Positions 63,565-64,000 of a stretch of 64,000 nucleotides of DNA are shown here, piece by piece (the stretch's first letter is position 1; each line of letters opens with the position of its first letter). Source of the stretch: Actinomycetota bacterium (GTDB taxonomy: Bacteria; Actinomycetota; UBA4738); the NCBI GenBank assembly GCA_050692195.1, contig JBOGVA010000056.1:6700-70699 (forward strand), written 5' to 3'. A program made the position numbers and the translations under genes. Below the pieces are notes generated by a model. It was not told the DNA's origin. It saw only the letters and a list, made by a program, of their open reading frames with translations, and did no database searches.

Positions 63565-64000
63565 TCACGCAGGGGTGGGCACCCGCTCCTCGGGACGCGA
63601 AGCCTCGGCCTCGAGAGAAAACTTGGGGAGGGCGCGGTCCAACCATCCGGGAAGCCACCAATTCCACTTCCCCATCAGCCGCATGGTCGCCGGAACCAGC
63701 ACGATTCGAATGATCGTTGCGTCGAGGAGGACGGCGGCCGCCAGGCCGAAACCGATCTGCTTGATGGGCAGCAGGCTGGCGAAGGCGAACGCCCCGAACA
63801 CCGTGACCATGATGGCCGCAGCGCTGGTGATGATCCGGGCAGTGTGCTCGAGTCCCCACCCCACTGCCTCCGCGTTGTCACCGGTCCTCAGGTACTCCTC
63901 CCGGATGCGAGCCAGCAGGAACACCTCGTAGTCCATGGACAGCCCGAACAGGATGCAGAACAGGAACAGCGGGATGAACGAGTCGACGATCCCGTTCGAC
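63565..64000 (-). CDS. MMPL/RND-superfamily membrane transporter, C-terminal fragment (5' end beyond the window)
   Basis: The frame is open to base 64000 (…FGLSMDYEVFLLARIREEY...). The last TM bundle and LMGKWNWWLPGWL are typical of MMPL C-termini. Confidence 0.85.
   Translation of the reverse strand, partial: SNGIVDSFIPLFLFCILFGLSMDYEVFLLARIREEYLRTGDNAEAVGWGLEHTARIITSAAAIMVTVFGAFAFASLLPIKQIGFGLAAAVLLDATIIRIVLVPATMRLMGKWNWWLPGWLDRALPKFSLEAEASRPEERVPTPA

Overview
High-GC (roughly two-thirds G+C by eye), densely coding chromosomal window from an Actinobacteria-like genome. Strong GGAGG-type Shine-Dalgarno sites and many GTG/TTG starts are visible. The first ~22 kb follows the conserved actinobacterial core order: folP-folB-folK, then panC-coaX-lysS, clpC, radA, carD, a PIN/TRAM gene, ispD-ispF, a TrmH-family methyltransferase and tRNA-Thr. 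A lipoprotein S8 protease plus an orphan PAS histidine kinase sit between folK and the DUF2520 gene upstream of panC, and no panD is visible between panC and coaX. After the tRNA the content is more accessory:
- Vgb-like beta-propeller lipoprotein, ATP-dependent DNA ligase and truncated haemoglobin.
- A ~2.1 kb, lower-GC IS1595-family element with imperfect terminal inverted repeats and a passenger gene.
- An ~830-aa Pro/Glu/Ala-rich protein capped by two zinc ribbons, next to a lone pilT.
- gdh and a trehalose set (otsB, otsA, TreT-like GT4).
- Rrf2 regulator, acs and NUDIX hydrolase.
- A KamB/NpmA-like 16S rRNA methyltransferase interrupted by an in-frame TAG.
- An XRE-HTH/nucleotidyltransferase-like pair with a palindromic operator.
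- A PASTA protein followed by a cyclase-STAND-TPR protein.
- groEL with a CIRCE operator and a clean terminator.
- RIO kinase, three NlpC/P60 hydrolases around a CheY-like gene, and fpg.
- A signalling locus at 58.3-63.6 kb: OmpR-type response regulator, histidine kinase, then two secreted hyper-acidic DNSGPG-repeat proteins. Beside it are a REC-LuxR-HTH-adenylate-cyclase fusion and its divergent NarL-type paralogue.

No CRISPR array, rRNA or prophage was seen. The best candidates for something undescribed are the acidic-repeat locus, the IS passenger gene and the double-zinc-ribbon disordered protein beside pilT. All functional calls rest on motif recognition by eye, not on database searches. 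The many long Arg/Pro/Gly-rich ORFs on opposite strands or in alternate frames are treated as high-GC shadow ORFs.
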